From IMG/VR virus record IMGVR_UViG_3300048578_000396, positions 1-32,102 of that record: 32,102 nt of DNA, one strand, 5' to 3'. The position numbers and the translations under genes are program-made. Of this stretch, positions 17,457 to 25,264 are shown piece by piece; the first letter of the stretch is position 1; each line of letters starts with the position of its first letter. This DNA is from a virus. Taxonomy: Duplodnaviria > Caudoviricetes. Under the pieces are notes generated by a model. The model was given only the letters and a program-made list of their open reading frames with translations. It was not told where the DNA came from and made no database searches.

Positions 17457-18715
17457 TTTTTTTTTACGTCATCATCGGCGAAGAAACCGGGATTCGTACC
17501 GAGGCTCCCTTGAGGCTTTACAAAGGAGTCTGCAGTATCAGTGGGCTTCGGAAGGGCGTATCGGTCATAGAGGGCGGAGAGGGACACGGGGACGCCCCGG
17601 TCGATGGCACCGATGATGGCCTCCCAGCTCGCGTAGTCGGAGAGGTCGAACACAAGCCGGGGCGAAGGCTCTCCGGGGCCCACGTTGAGCTCGACCACCC
17701 AGTCGATCACGTCCTGGAGAACCGGAGCGAGCTCGCGGGCATTATCCTTCATGGTCTGGAGGAAGGTATCCTCATGGACCTCGGCCTGGGCGCGCGTCCC
17801 GTTCTGGGCTTCCTGGACGGCGAGGCTCTGGTAGACGATGCCGTAGGCAATCTGGGTGTCGCACCAATCCATGAGGGTCTTGAACTCGGAGAGCTTGCCG
17901 TCGACCGAGAGGACCTTGGCGTCCCTGATATTCGCGAGGGCGGCGCCAGAGCCCGACCCAACCTGGCCGAGCATCTCGGCAAGGCCGGCCGCGCGCTCCC
18001 GGATCTTCCCCTCATCGTCGGCGCAGTCGAAGAGGGCGAGGATCGAAGGAACACTGAATTTCTCGGTGGCCATGAGCCAGAACTCGGCGCCTGCCTTCTT
18101 GAACTTCCAGGGCCAGTAGCAGGAAGCGAGGGCGCTCGTGCCGTAGGGGTTCTCGGCGTCCTTGTCGTGGCGCCACACGAGCCACTTGTATGACTGGCTA
18201 AAGAGGTCGACGAGGGTACCATCCTTCGCGTACTTGAGCCGTCCCTCCGAGTCGAAACGGAATCGCTCAGGTTTCCGCGCGACGGCGTCGATCGGGCGCC
18301 AGAGGCTGTCGTTCTTCCAGACCACCTCCACCGCCGCGAAGCCATAATCCATGCCACCCGAGAGAAGGCGCTTTGCGGCTCCATAAAAAGAGAAGTCTGC
18401 AAGGGCATCCTTCACAAGGGCGAAGGTCGAGTCCGAGGCCTGCCCTTGCTCGAGCTGGATGGGATAGTTGAGCACCGCCGCCTTGGCCACCCGGAGGAGG
18501 CTCTTGATGCGGGAGTCGGTCTTCATCTCACGGAAGATGGAGATGGCCTCCCCCGATGCTCTGAGGACCTCGTCCGGATTCGGAAGGTAGCCGATGAAGG
18601 AGGAGAGGTCGTCCATCTTGATGACCCGCGCCGTCATGATGGCGGGATCGGGCTTCACGGCGGTGGCGTCCGCGAACTGGAGCGACCGGGGGATTGCTTT
18701 TCGTTTCTTGCTCAT
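17420..18715 (-). CDS. Portal protein (Mu gp29/DUF935 family, 431 aa)
   Basis: Follows TerL; motifs 'NPYGTSALASCYWPWKFK', 'EKFSVP', 'GTRAQAEVH'. Confidence 0.93.
   Translation of the reverse strand: MSKKRKAIPRSLQFADATAVKPDPAIMTARVIKMDDLSSFIGYLPNPDEVLRASGEAISIFREMKTDSRIKSLLRVAKAAVLNYPIQLEQGQASDSTFALVKDALADFSFYGAAKRLLSGGMDYGFAAVEVVWKNDSLWRPIDAVARKPERFRFDSEGRLKYAKDGTLVDLFSQSYKWLVWRHDKDAENPYGTSALASCYWPWKFKKAGAEFWLMATEKFSVPSILALFDCADDEGKIRERAAGLAEMLGQVGSGSGAALANIRDAKVLSVDGKLSEFKTLMDWCDTQIAYGIVYQSLAVQEAQNGTRAQAEVHEDTFLQTMKDNARELAPVLQDVIDWVVELNVGPGEPSPRLVFDLSDYASWEAIIGAIDRGVPVSLSALYDRYALPKPTDTADSFVKPQGSLGTNPGFFADDDVKKKLPKARPPLRLV
17456..17465 (-). other. Slippery site GT-AAAAAAAAA-G (contains A AAA AAG) linking the portal and MuF frames
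   Basis: Nine A residues then G at portal codons 417-420; the -1 frame has no stop until the MuF stop at 15978. Confidence 0.75.
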
Positions 18716-20265
18716 CTGTATCCTCGCAGTATGGAGCGCACGGTCCGACGGGTGCCCATTCCATTGAGCGGCACGACGGAGGGAGCGCCCTGCTTTTTCC
18801 TGAACTGAACTTCCTTGAACGCGTACCAGAGGGCATCGGCCTCGTCGTCGTAGGCGGACTTGGGGCCGTCGGGCGTGAACATGGAGAGCTGCTCGACGAG
18901 CTCATTCTGGTCGGAGCGGAAGCGGATGAAGCCCGCCTCGATGAGAGGCGCCATCTCCTTCACGCGCTGGACCTTCGAAAGGCCGCCGGTCTTGCGGCCG
19001 GTGATCGGCAGCCAGACCTTCCGCGCTGCAGCCTTCTCCATGAGATTGTTCTTGTAGATGCCCTGGAAGGCGACTTCCTCGAAACCGATGGACGCATGCT
19101 TGTAGACGAGGAAGGTGTCGATGATCTTCTCGAGGAAGCCCGCCTCGGCGAGGCGCTCGCCCCAGGAGTCGAGAACGTAGAGGACGCCCGTATCGGGATC
19201 GGCAAGGGTATCGAAGGCGCACTTGTCGTGAACGCCTGTGGCCGGGTCGATGCCGCCGAACTTCTTCGCGGCAGCCACGTTGAGCTCGCGGAGATCGTAG
19301 TAGACGAACTTCTTGATGATCGAGTCCTCGGAGGAAAGGGGCTCGTTCATCATCTCCGTGGACCAAGCGGCCGAGCCGAGCTCGTCCTCCTTCTTCCTGA
19401 GCTTCTCCTCGGTCCAGTAGGCAGACCAGAGAGATTCTCCAGAGGGCGTGCGCGCGGCGAAACGGAAGCCGACCCAGCCCTTGAGCTGTCCCTCTGTGAG
19501 CTCCTTGAGGAGGCGGCAGACGATGTCGTCTTCATGGAAGATCGTGTTGATGAGGACGGGAAAAATGTCCTTCCCAAGGGGAAGGACGACGCGCTTGAAC
19601 CAGCGGTAGCGCTTGTCGCGCTGGACCTTCGAAGCGGCGATCTCGTCGGTCATGATGTCGTCGCAGATCGCCACGTCGGGCCTGTTAGGCCCGTTCTTTA
19701 TGCCGCGCGTCGAGGCGCCGGCGCCGCGGGCCACGATGGCCGTGCCGTTCGCGAGCGTGATCTTGTCGGCCTTCCAGGTCTTGCCCTTCATCTCGCCGAA
19801 GTCCTCGGCGAGGCGCTCGTTCTGCTCGATCTCATCTTTGATGGACTGAAGGTTCTCGGCGGCTTGGCGCTGCGAGCTTGCGAAGAGGATGGGAAAGTTC
19901 CGCTTCCGGTAGAAGGTGACCCAGATTGGGAAGGCGAGCGAGAATCGCGTCGACTTCGAGAAGCCGCGCGGTTCCACGTCGATGATGCCCGCGACGGCAT
20001 CAGTGGGCACCATGTAGAGGTGGTACTTCTCCTTGATGAGCGGCTTAAGCGATTCTACCTGATCATCCGAGAGCCGCCCCGAAGACACGATATCCATGAG
20101 GATGCGGTGATAGGGAGCCGGTTCAGAGCCGAAGTAGTGCGGAAAGTAGGTCCGACAGAAGAGAAAGAAGTCGTTCTCGCATGCATCTCGGCGGGCCTTG
20201 CGCTCGGCGTCCTTCGTCTGGGTTGCGCGATCGCCGACGAGCTCATCAAGGAGGGGCGTTTTCAC
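18712..20265 (-). CDS. Terminase large subunit (517 aa)
   Basis: Walker A 'EPRGFSKST', 'RPDVAICDD' Walker B, nuclease motifs 'GGIDPATG' and 'YDDEADAL'. Confidence 0.93.
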   Translation of the reverse strand: MKTPLLDELVGDRATQTKDAERKARRDACENDFFLFCRTYFPHYFGSEPAPYHRILMDIVSSGRLSDDQVESLKPLIKEKYHLYMVPTDAVAGIIDVEPRGFSKSTRFSLAFPIWVTFYRKRNFPILFASSQRQAAENLQSIKDEIEQNERLAEDFGEMKGKTWKADKITLANGTAIVARGAGASTRGIKNGPNRPDVAICDDIMTDEIAASKVQRDKRYRWFKRVVLPLGKDIFPVLINTIFHEDDIVCRLLKELTEGQLKGWVGFRFAARTPSGESLWSAYWTEEKLRKKEDELGSAAWSTEMMNEPLSSEDSIIKKFVYYDLRELNVAAAKKFGGIDPATGVHDKCAFDTLADPDTGVLYVLDSWGERLAEAGFLEKIIDTFLVYKHASIGFEEVAFQGIYKNNLMEKAAARKVWLPITGRKTGGLSKVQRVKEMAPLIEAGFIRFRSDQNELVEQLSMFTPDGPKSAYDDEADALWYAFKEVQFRKKQGAPSVVPLNGMGTRRTVRSILRGYR

Positions 20266-20786
20266 CTGTCCTCCGGGGCGAGGGTCATGACGACACCCGC
20301 GAGCCTAGAAGCGAGATCGGGATCGGCAGAGAGCTCCACCTTGAGCGCATCGATGACTGCCCGCTTCGCGGCATCGAAGCCGTCTTGGTACTTCATGCGG
20401 ACGGAAGCGAGCTTCGCCTGGGCGTTCGCGAGGCGCCCTGCGGCGAGGACCGCCTCTCCGGGGTCCTCGAACTCGAGGGCGTCGATGTACTGCGACTCCT
20501 TGAGGAGGAGCCCGCCCAGCCGGGTTACGACGGCCTCAACCACGTCGGTATTCGGATTCGCGCGGACCGTGTCGATCATGACGCGGGCTTCAGCTATGGT
20601 CGCCTGGAGATCGGCGGCGATTTCCTTCGAGCTCTTGAGCGAGCGACGGATGGCCTCGCGGCTGATCTCGTAGCCCTCGCCCTGGAGCTTGGCCTCGATC
20701 TCGCGGATGTTGAGCTTGTCCTTCGTGTAGAGCTCGAGGATCCGGTCCACGAGGTCGTAGAGATCCGCCTTCGATCTGCGTCCCAT
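20262..20786 (-). CDS. Mu gp27-like DUF3486 protein (putative terminase small subunit, 174 aa)
   Basis: 'MGRRSKADL...ISREAIRR' N-terminal HTH typical of the family; directly upstream of TerL. Confidence 0.85.
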   Translation of the reverse strand: MGRRSKADLYDLVDRILELYTKDKLNIREIEAKLQGEGYEISREAIRRSLKSSKEIAADLQATIAEARVMIDTVRANPNTDVVEAVVTRLGGLLLKESQYIDALEFEDPGEAVLAAGRLANAQAKLASVRMKYQDGFDAAKRAVIDALKVELSADPDLASRLAGVVMTLAPEDR

Positions 20787-20793
20787 GATCGCC

Positions 20794-21087
20794 TCACTTC
20801 CCCGCGGGGAGGATGGTCACCGCGGGATCGATGGTCGTGCCGTCCATGAGGTCGATACCGGCGGGCAGGATCTTGTAGAGGCGGATCCGTTCGACGGCCT
20901 TGTAGGGGTGCGGGACCTCCTTGCGTTCGGCGTAACCCTTGTCCGCAAGATAGGAGAGGGATTCCACGATATCGTCATAGTTATGGTACTCGTAGAAGAT
21001 CCCGACGATGGTCCGCTCGTCCGCCCCCTCGGGGTAGAGGTCGCGCAGGAACTCGAGGAGCTTGCCACGGAGGATGAGGGGCTTCAT
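20794..21087 (-). CDS. Mu gp26-like winged-helix protein (97 aa)
   Basis: ATG at 21087 overlaps the previous TGA; 'LSYLADKGY...ILPAGIDLMDG' pattern; synteny. Confidence 0.7.
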   Translation of the reverse strand: MKPLILRGKLLEFLRDLYPEGADERTIVGIFYEYHNYDDIVESLSYLADKGYAERKEVPHPYKAVERIRLYKILPAGIDLMDGTTIDPAVTILPAGK

Positions 21088-21443
21088 GATTTCGACTTCT
21101 CCTTGAAGAGATTTATGATGAGGTCGGAGAGGCGGTTGATTTCCGCCCGCCATCCCGAGAATTCCTTGTAGTGTTCCTCTCGTGGGAGGTAGTCGCGTTC
21201 GACACAGGAAACCCTGTTCGAAATGTCATCGATGCGCTTGTTGACGATGGCGAAGCGCTCTTCGAACCGCTTCTCCATGGTGTTCATCTGGGCGGACACA
21301 GCGGTCTTGAGCTTCTCGGCCCGCTCCTCGTCCTTCTTCCCGTTCTCCTTGAGCTCCTTCACGATCCACCCGAGAAGGAAAGCCACGACGATGAGGACGG
21401 GGCCAGTGCCATAGGAGGAGAGCTTCCCAATCAGGGCTTCCAT
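21084..21443 (-). CDS. Mu gp25-like membrane-anchored coiled-coil protein (119 aa)
   Basis: N-terminal TM, coiled coil, 'VERDYLPREE' motif; synteny before gp26/gp27. Confidence 0.65.
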   Translation of the reverse strand: MEALIGKLSSYGTGPVLIVVAFLLGWIVKELKENGKKDEERAEKLKTAVSAQMNTMEKRFEERFAIVNKRIDDISNRVSCVERDYLPREEHYKEFSGWRAEINRLSDLIINLFKEKSKS

Positions 21444-21446
21444 GGC

Positions 21447-21836
21447 TCACCTCACCCAACAGAAAACGACGAGGGAGAGGATGGCTACTGTCGCGCCTCC
21501 CGCGGTTGCGCCCAGAACAAGGGCATCACGGCGCTGGGCCTTCGCCTCGGCGGCCGTGCTCTCGGACAGACTCTTCCAGTAGTCGCGATCCGGGGCGGTC
21601 TCAAGGAGGCCGGCCTTGTAGCCCTCGGCGTAGGCCTCGGAGATGGCCTTCGAAGCCTCGTTCTCAGCAGCCTCAAGGAGAGCTTGGACCTCCGTCCCCT
21701 GATATGATGCTGCGAGATCGATCCCGTAGTCGGGCGGCGTATCGCTCGCGGATGGCTTCGACGCTTGCGCGCTTGCCGGCCTGGTCAGGAGCGCGAGTAA
21801 GCAGAACGCCAGCGGGAGTAGCTTCGATTTCGTCAT
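21447..21836 (-). CDS. Exported protein with C-terminal TM, possible spanin component (129 aa)
   Basis: GGAG RBS; signal peptide; coiled coil; C-terminal hydrophobic helix; overlaps the upstream gene by 164 bp in the lysis cassette. Confidence 0.55.
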   Translation of the reverse strand: MTKSKLLPLAFCLLALLTRPASAQASKPSASDTPPDYGIDLAASYQGTEVQALLEAAENEASKAISEAYAEGYKAGLLETAPDRDYWKSLSESTAAEAKAQRRDALVLGATAGGATVAILSLVVFCWVR

Positions 21837-21969
21837 GGGTTTTCTCCTTCGCGGCTTCGGCTTTTCTGATGGCCTGCCGCTCGCGATTCCTACAGATCTG
21901 GAGATACAAGGCCGATCCCGCGAAGGCGAGCATGACGGCCAGGAGAAGGACGATGAGGACAGCGCTCAC
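21673..21969 (-). CDS. Putative inner-membrane spanin-like protein (98 aa)
   Basis: N-terminal TM followed by a charged helical region; follows the holin; GGAGG RBS. Confidence 0.55.
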   Translation of the reverse strand: MSAVLIVLLLAVMLAFAGSALYLQICRNRERQAIRKAEAAKEKTHDEIEATPAGVLLTRAPDQAGKRASVEAIRERYAARLRDRSRSIISGDGGPSSP

Positions 21970-22202
21970 GCCGAGCCTCCTTCCGCGGGGCCCGTAAGGG
22001 AGGGCTTCTTCTGGAAGATGTTCTCGAGCCAGAGGGAGACATCCACCGGCGTGAAGATGAGGACGACGAAGGCCGCCGCCTTGAGCACGTCGTCATAGGG
22101 GAGGTCAGGGGCCCAGAGCGCCTTGACGAGGAGCCCCACGAGGGCGATGAGGGCGCCGATGATCTTCGCGCCCAGGGACAGGGGTTTGCCTTTGAGTTCC
22201 AT
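21966..22202 (-). CDS. Putative holin (78 aa, two TMs)
   Basis: Small, two hydrophobic helices, charged termini, adjacent to the endolysin. Confidence 0.65.
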   Translation of the reverse strand: MELKGKPLSLGAKIIGALIALVGLLVKALWAPDLPYDDVLKAAAFVVLIFTPVDVSLWLENIFQKKPSLTGPAEGGSA

Positions 22203-22212
22203 GAGCTTCCTC

Positions 22213-22848
22213 CTAGAGTCCGAAGATGACGGGGTTCACGAAGTAACGGATCGAGCCCGAGTAGTAGGGATCGTGGCGCGCGATGATGTAGGCGTTCATC
22301 CACTCGATGCCGCGCTGCGCCGCCTGGGCGCTGAACGCGGCGCCGTACTGGGCGCGATAATCCTTGGAGTAGTCCGAAGCCCAGATCGATCCGATGCGGG
22401 CGGCGAGGACGCTATCGTATACTTTGGGCTCGAGGATGAGGGAGCAGTGGACGTGGCGGCCATCGCCGCCCTTTGTCGAGACGGAGAGGCCGTGGTTGCC
22501 GGCGGGGCCGATGGGAGCGCCCAGCTCAAGGGGAGCTCCAGCGATGCCGGCGGCGAGGGCCCCGGAGTCCAGCTCCTCGCGGATGAAGTGAAGCAGGCGG
22601 AGCTCGCCACCATCGAAGAAGAGGCGAAGGACGGAGCAACCCTCAGCGTCGTTGTCGATCCAGACCGCCTTCTTAGCGGCGAGGGGCGATCGGACGATAC
22701 CTTTCCCTGCCCGATCGACGGCGGGGTGGATGCGGGGGCGGCCCGGGAAAGATGTGGCATCCCAGCCGAAGGGAGTTGTGACGATTGACCCCGGGAAAAA
22801 AACCGATGGACTCAGGGGGAGAAGAATAGGAAGATCGCCTTGCTGCAT
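22213..22848 (-). CDS. Putative endolysin, M23-like zinc peptidase (211 aa)
   Basis: 'VTTPFG', HxxxD ('HPAVD') and HxH ('GRHVH') motifs; first gene of the late operon. Confidence 0.75.
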   Translation of the reverse strand: MQQGDLPILLPLSPSVFFPGSIVTTPFGWDATSFPGRPRIHPAVDRAGKGIVRSPLAAKKAVWIDNDAEGCSVLRLFFDGGELRLLHFIREELDSGALAAGIAGAPLELGAPIGPAGNHGLSVSTKGGDGRHVHCSLILEPKVYDSVLAARIGSIWASDYSKDYRAQYGAAFSAQAAQRGIEWMNAYIIARHDPYYSGSIRYFVNPVIFGL

Positions 22849-22854
22849 TCTGCT

Positions 22855-22886
22855 TGCCTCTTGAGGACCAGCGTACTCAAGAGGCA
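22855..22886. repeat. Perfect 11-bp inverted repeat with the -10 hexamer in its loop and the endolysin RBS in one arm
   Basis: TGCCTCTTGAG-gaccagcgta-CTCAAGAGGCA. Confidence 0.85.
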
Positions 22887-22911
22887 GGTTAGGCGCTCAA
22901 ATGTGGGGGAG
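22870..22911 (-). promoter_or_regulatory. Putative late promoter (P-lys like)
   Basis: CTCCCCCACATTTGAGCG (22911-22894, identical to 14853-14836), 18 nt, -10 TACGCT (22875-22870). Confidence 0.7.
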
Positions 22912-22997
22912 TAATCCCGCAAACTGAACAGCTTTAGTCTTTTTTTAGAAATTATCGTGTTCAATTAGCTCCATTGTATAAAAGCAGGATATTCCTT

Positions 22998-23543
22998 TTA
23001 CTGCTTTAGTTGAGTAATTTTATCTTGTGCCGTCTTGATAGCTATTGCAATCGAATCTCCTTCCTTTGAAAAGGCCGTCGAATCAGATTTATACTTATCA
23101 AGAACAAGATACCAAGCACTTTCCTTGCCCGAGACATAATACCCTAATTGTATCCCATCGTTCGTGATGTATTTATTCTCAAGATAATCCGAGGCATTCA
23201 TTTTATCCTGCAAGTAACTCGACTGGAGGCTTACCAAGGCATTCGCCATCTCATTAAGGTCCTTATCCTCAATCGAGCCTACAACGTCCGAGTACTTCCC
23301 ACTAACAGTAATCTGAAAATAATACGTTGTAGATTCTCCTGCTTTTATGACTCTTATTCGACACGGATAACTGGTAAAGGTCCCTTTTATCGGGGGGAGT
23401 TTGTAATCTTGAAATCGAAGTATTTTGCCACTCTGAGATACAAATTGATCATAAGAAGTCATTGCTTTTTGCTGATCTTCTGCAAAGACTACCAGACCAA
23501 GGCAAAGGCAAAGTCCGACTAAAAATGCTCTTTTCCTCATCAT
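22998..23543 (-). CDS. AT-rich exported protein of unknown function (moron, 181 aa)
   Basis: AGGAGG RBS; signal peptide MMRKRAFLVGLCLCLGLVVFA; visibly lower GC than flanks; directly downstream of the repressor. Confidence 0.85.
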   Translation of the reverse strand: MMRKRAFLVGLCLCLGLVVFAEDQQKAMTSYDQFVSQSGKILRFQDYKLPPIKGTFTSYPCRIRVIKAGESTTYYFQITVSGKYSDVVGSIEDKDLNEMANALVSLQSSYLQDKMNASDYLENKYITNDGIQLGYYVSGKESAWYLVLDKYKSDSTAFSKEGDSIAIAIKTAQDKITQLKQ

Positions 23544-23590
23544 GTTCTTCCTCCTAATGCTTATTACATCCTGGCAACGCCAGGCATTTT

Positions 23591-24496
23591 TTAATACGGA
23601 TGTCTATGTAGCCACCCTACGACCTTCCCTTCAATCCTCACCCTGTCGATATCCGCTTGGTCCGAAAGTACGCGAGGCTCGTATCGATCGTTCTCGGAGA
23701 TGATCCTGAGAGTCTTGCCTAAGAGGTCGAACTCGAGGCGTTTCACCTGCATGCGGTTTTCGATCGAGATCACGAAGACACCATCCCCCTCCCTTTCGGA
23801 GGGGACAAAGAGAACGATGTCGCGGTCGAAGAGGCCTATCTTGGTCATGGAGTCACCGCGGACTTCGAGAGCCTTTACCTGATCGGGGCGCCATGGATTA
23901 ATGAAACGACGGAGGATGGCCTGTGGGGTGACCGGTTGATAGAGTTCAACTTCCTGCCCCGGACCTGCACCGGCCTGCATGCCACCATAGAAGTCAACAT
24001 AGACCAATTCATCACCTGAGGCGGGGCCGCACATTTCGAGAGAACGAGCACCCTCGAGGCGGGCTCCTTCCAACTCTGTATCCTCAAGAATGGGAGCCAT
24101 GGCGCCTAGATCAATAGAGAGAGCCCCGGAAGGCTCTTCCCTTTGATTATCCTCTTCCTTAAATTTTGCACCGTGCAAAATTTGGTTTTCACTTGGCAAA
24201 TGTAAAACAGTTTTACATTTGCCCTCTTCAGGCAAATGGGACACTGTGTCCTCTTTAGGCTCCCCTCCAAATGTACAACTGTTGAACATTTCACCTTGTC
24301 CTGTAAAAAACCAATCCAAGTTCAATCCGACTTGGTCGCGTAGAACCGGCAGTAAGTCGGCCGGGAGAGAAGTCCCTTTTTCATAATTAATGAGAGTGGT
24401 CCGAGGAATTGAAAGTCTAGAGGCAAGGGCGGACTGACTCATTTTCAAGGCTTCTCGAATCTGTCTTAATCTAGACGAAAACTCATCAGTGCCCAT
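23591..24496 (-). CDS. CI-like repressor: XRE HTH plus S24 peptidase (301 aa)
   Basis: 'RLRQIREALKMSQSALASRL...YEKG' HTH; 'AGAG' cleavage site; 'VRGDSM' and 'VKRL' Ser/Lys dyad. Confidence 0.95.
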   Translation of the reverse strand: MGTDEFSSRLRQIREALKMSQSALASRLSIPRTTLINYEKGTSLPADLLPVLRDQVGLNLDWFFTGQGEMFNSCTFGGEPKEDTVSHLPEEGKCKTVLHLPSENQILHGAKFKEEDNQREEPSGALSIDLGAMAPILEDTELEGARLEGARSLEMCGPASGDELVYVDFYGGMQAGAGPGQEVELYQPVTPQAILRRFINPWRPDQVKALEVRGDSMTKIGLFDRDIVLFVPSEREGDGVFVISIENRMQVKRLEFDLLGKTLRIISENDRYEPRVLSDQADIDRVRIEGKVVGWLHRHPY

Positions 24497-24558
24497 ATAA
24501 CGTCATCCTTAGTGTCCAAAAATAGTCTTTTCTGCTTGACTAGTGTCTACATCTAGAC
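24463..24558. promoter_or_regulatory. Three putative 14-bp repressor operators
   Basis: GTCTTAATCTAGAC (24463-24476), GTCCAAAAATAGTC (24514-24527), GTCTACATCTAGAC (24545-24558, dyad, within the early promoter spacer). Confidence 0.65.
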
Positions 24559-24564
24559 GATACT
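24536..24564 (+). promoter_or_regulatory. Early lytic promoter (Pe-like)
   Basis: TTGACT, 17-bp spacer, GATACT upstream of the ner-like gene. Confidence 0.8.
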
Positions 24565-24600
24565 CATTATATCGACGGTTGCTTTGGCAACCTTGAACCT

Positions 24601-24647
24601 AAAAAAGAAGGACGACCGAAACGGCTACCAACCACCGGTCATCCTTC
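24601..24647 (-). terminator. Putative minus-strand intrinsic terminator in the early leader
   Basis: GAAGGATGACCG/CGGTCGTCCTTC stem (one G-U pair) followed by TTTTTT on the minus strand. Confidence 0.5.
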
Positions 24648-24683
24648 GCAACCCGCCCCGAGGGGCAAGGAGGTTTTTCTATT

Positions 24684-24977
24684 ATGAAGCGAATCATTGA
24701 AACCCGCAAGAAGGTTTCCGGCAGGGTATCGCTCGTTGAAGTCGCGCCCCGCCGGGGCCCCGAGCGCGAGCAGGGGGCCTGGATCTGCTACCAGCTCAGG
24801 CTCATCGGCCTCACCCAGGGCGACATTGCCCAGGAGCTTGGGGTCACCCGGCAGATGGTCCAGCGCGTCGCCTACGGCCTCGTTACCTCGGCCCGCGTCC
24901 AGAAGGGTATTGCCATCGCCCTCGGCTACAAGAACTGGGCCGACCTCTCCGAGGCCAGGGAGGGGGTGGCGGCATGA
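24684..24977 (+). CDS. Ner/Cro-like HTH regulator (97 aa)
   Basis: 'LTQGDIAQELGVTRQMVQRV...SARVQKGIAIALG'; divergent from the repressor; AAGGAGG RBS. Confidence 0.85.
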   Translation: MKRIIETRKKVSGRVSLVEVAPRRGPEREQGAWICYQLRLIGLTQGDIAQELGVTRQMVQRVAYGLVTSARVQKGIAIALGYKNWADLSEAREGVAA

Positions 24978-25264
24978 CGAGATTCCAGAAGCTCTGCACG
25001 CGCGATGTCGCTCTGCAGCGGCTCGCGGAAGCAGGATGGGAACCACGCGATCATGAGGTCGGCTATGACGACTACGAGGCCTTGGGCCGGACGGGCAAGA
25101 ACGGGAAGCACGGAACCCTCCTCGTCGATTTCGCCATGGGGAGGTTCATCCTCGATTCCAAGGGCGACATGGCGAGGCTCCTCACGCACAGTGACGACGC
25201 CGAGGGAGACCCCGACTACGACGCGGTGCTCCATGCCCTCTACGAGGGGGAGGTGGTGGCGTGA
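24974..25264 (+). CDS. Hypothetical protein (96 aa)
   Basis: ATGA coupling, RBS, phage-like codon usage. Confidence 0.7.
   Translation: MTRFQKLCTRDVALQRLAEAGWEPRDHEVGYDDYEALGRTGKNGKHGTLLVDFAMGRFILDSKGDMARLLTHSDDAEGDPDYDAVLHALYEGEVVA

Noticed and set aside
23570-23592. CCTGGC-aac-GCCAGG hairpin after the repressor as its terminator
   Set aside because: The T tract is on the + strand, the wrong orientation to stop repressor transcription; weak support
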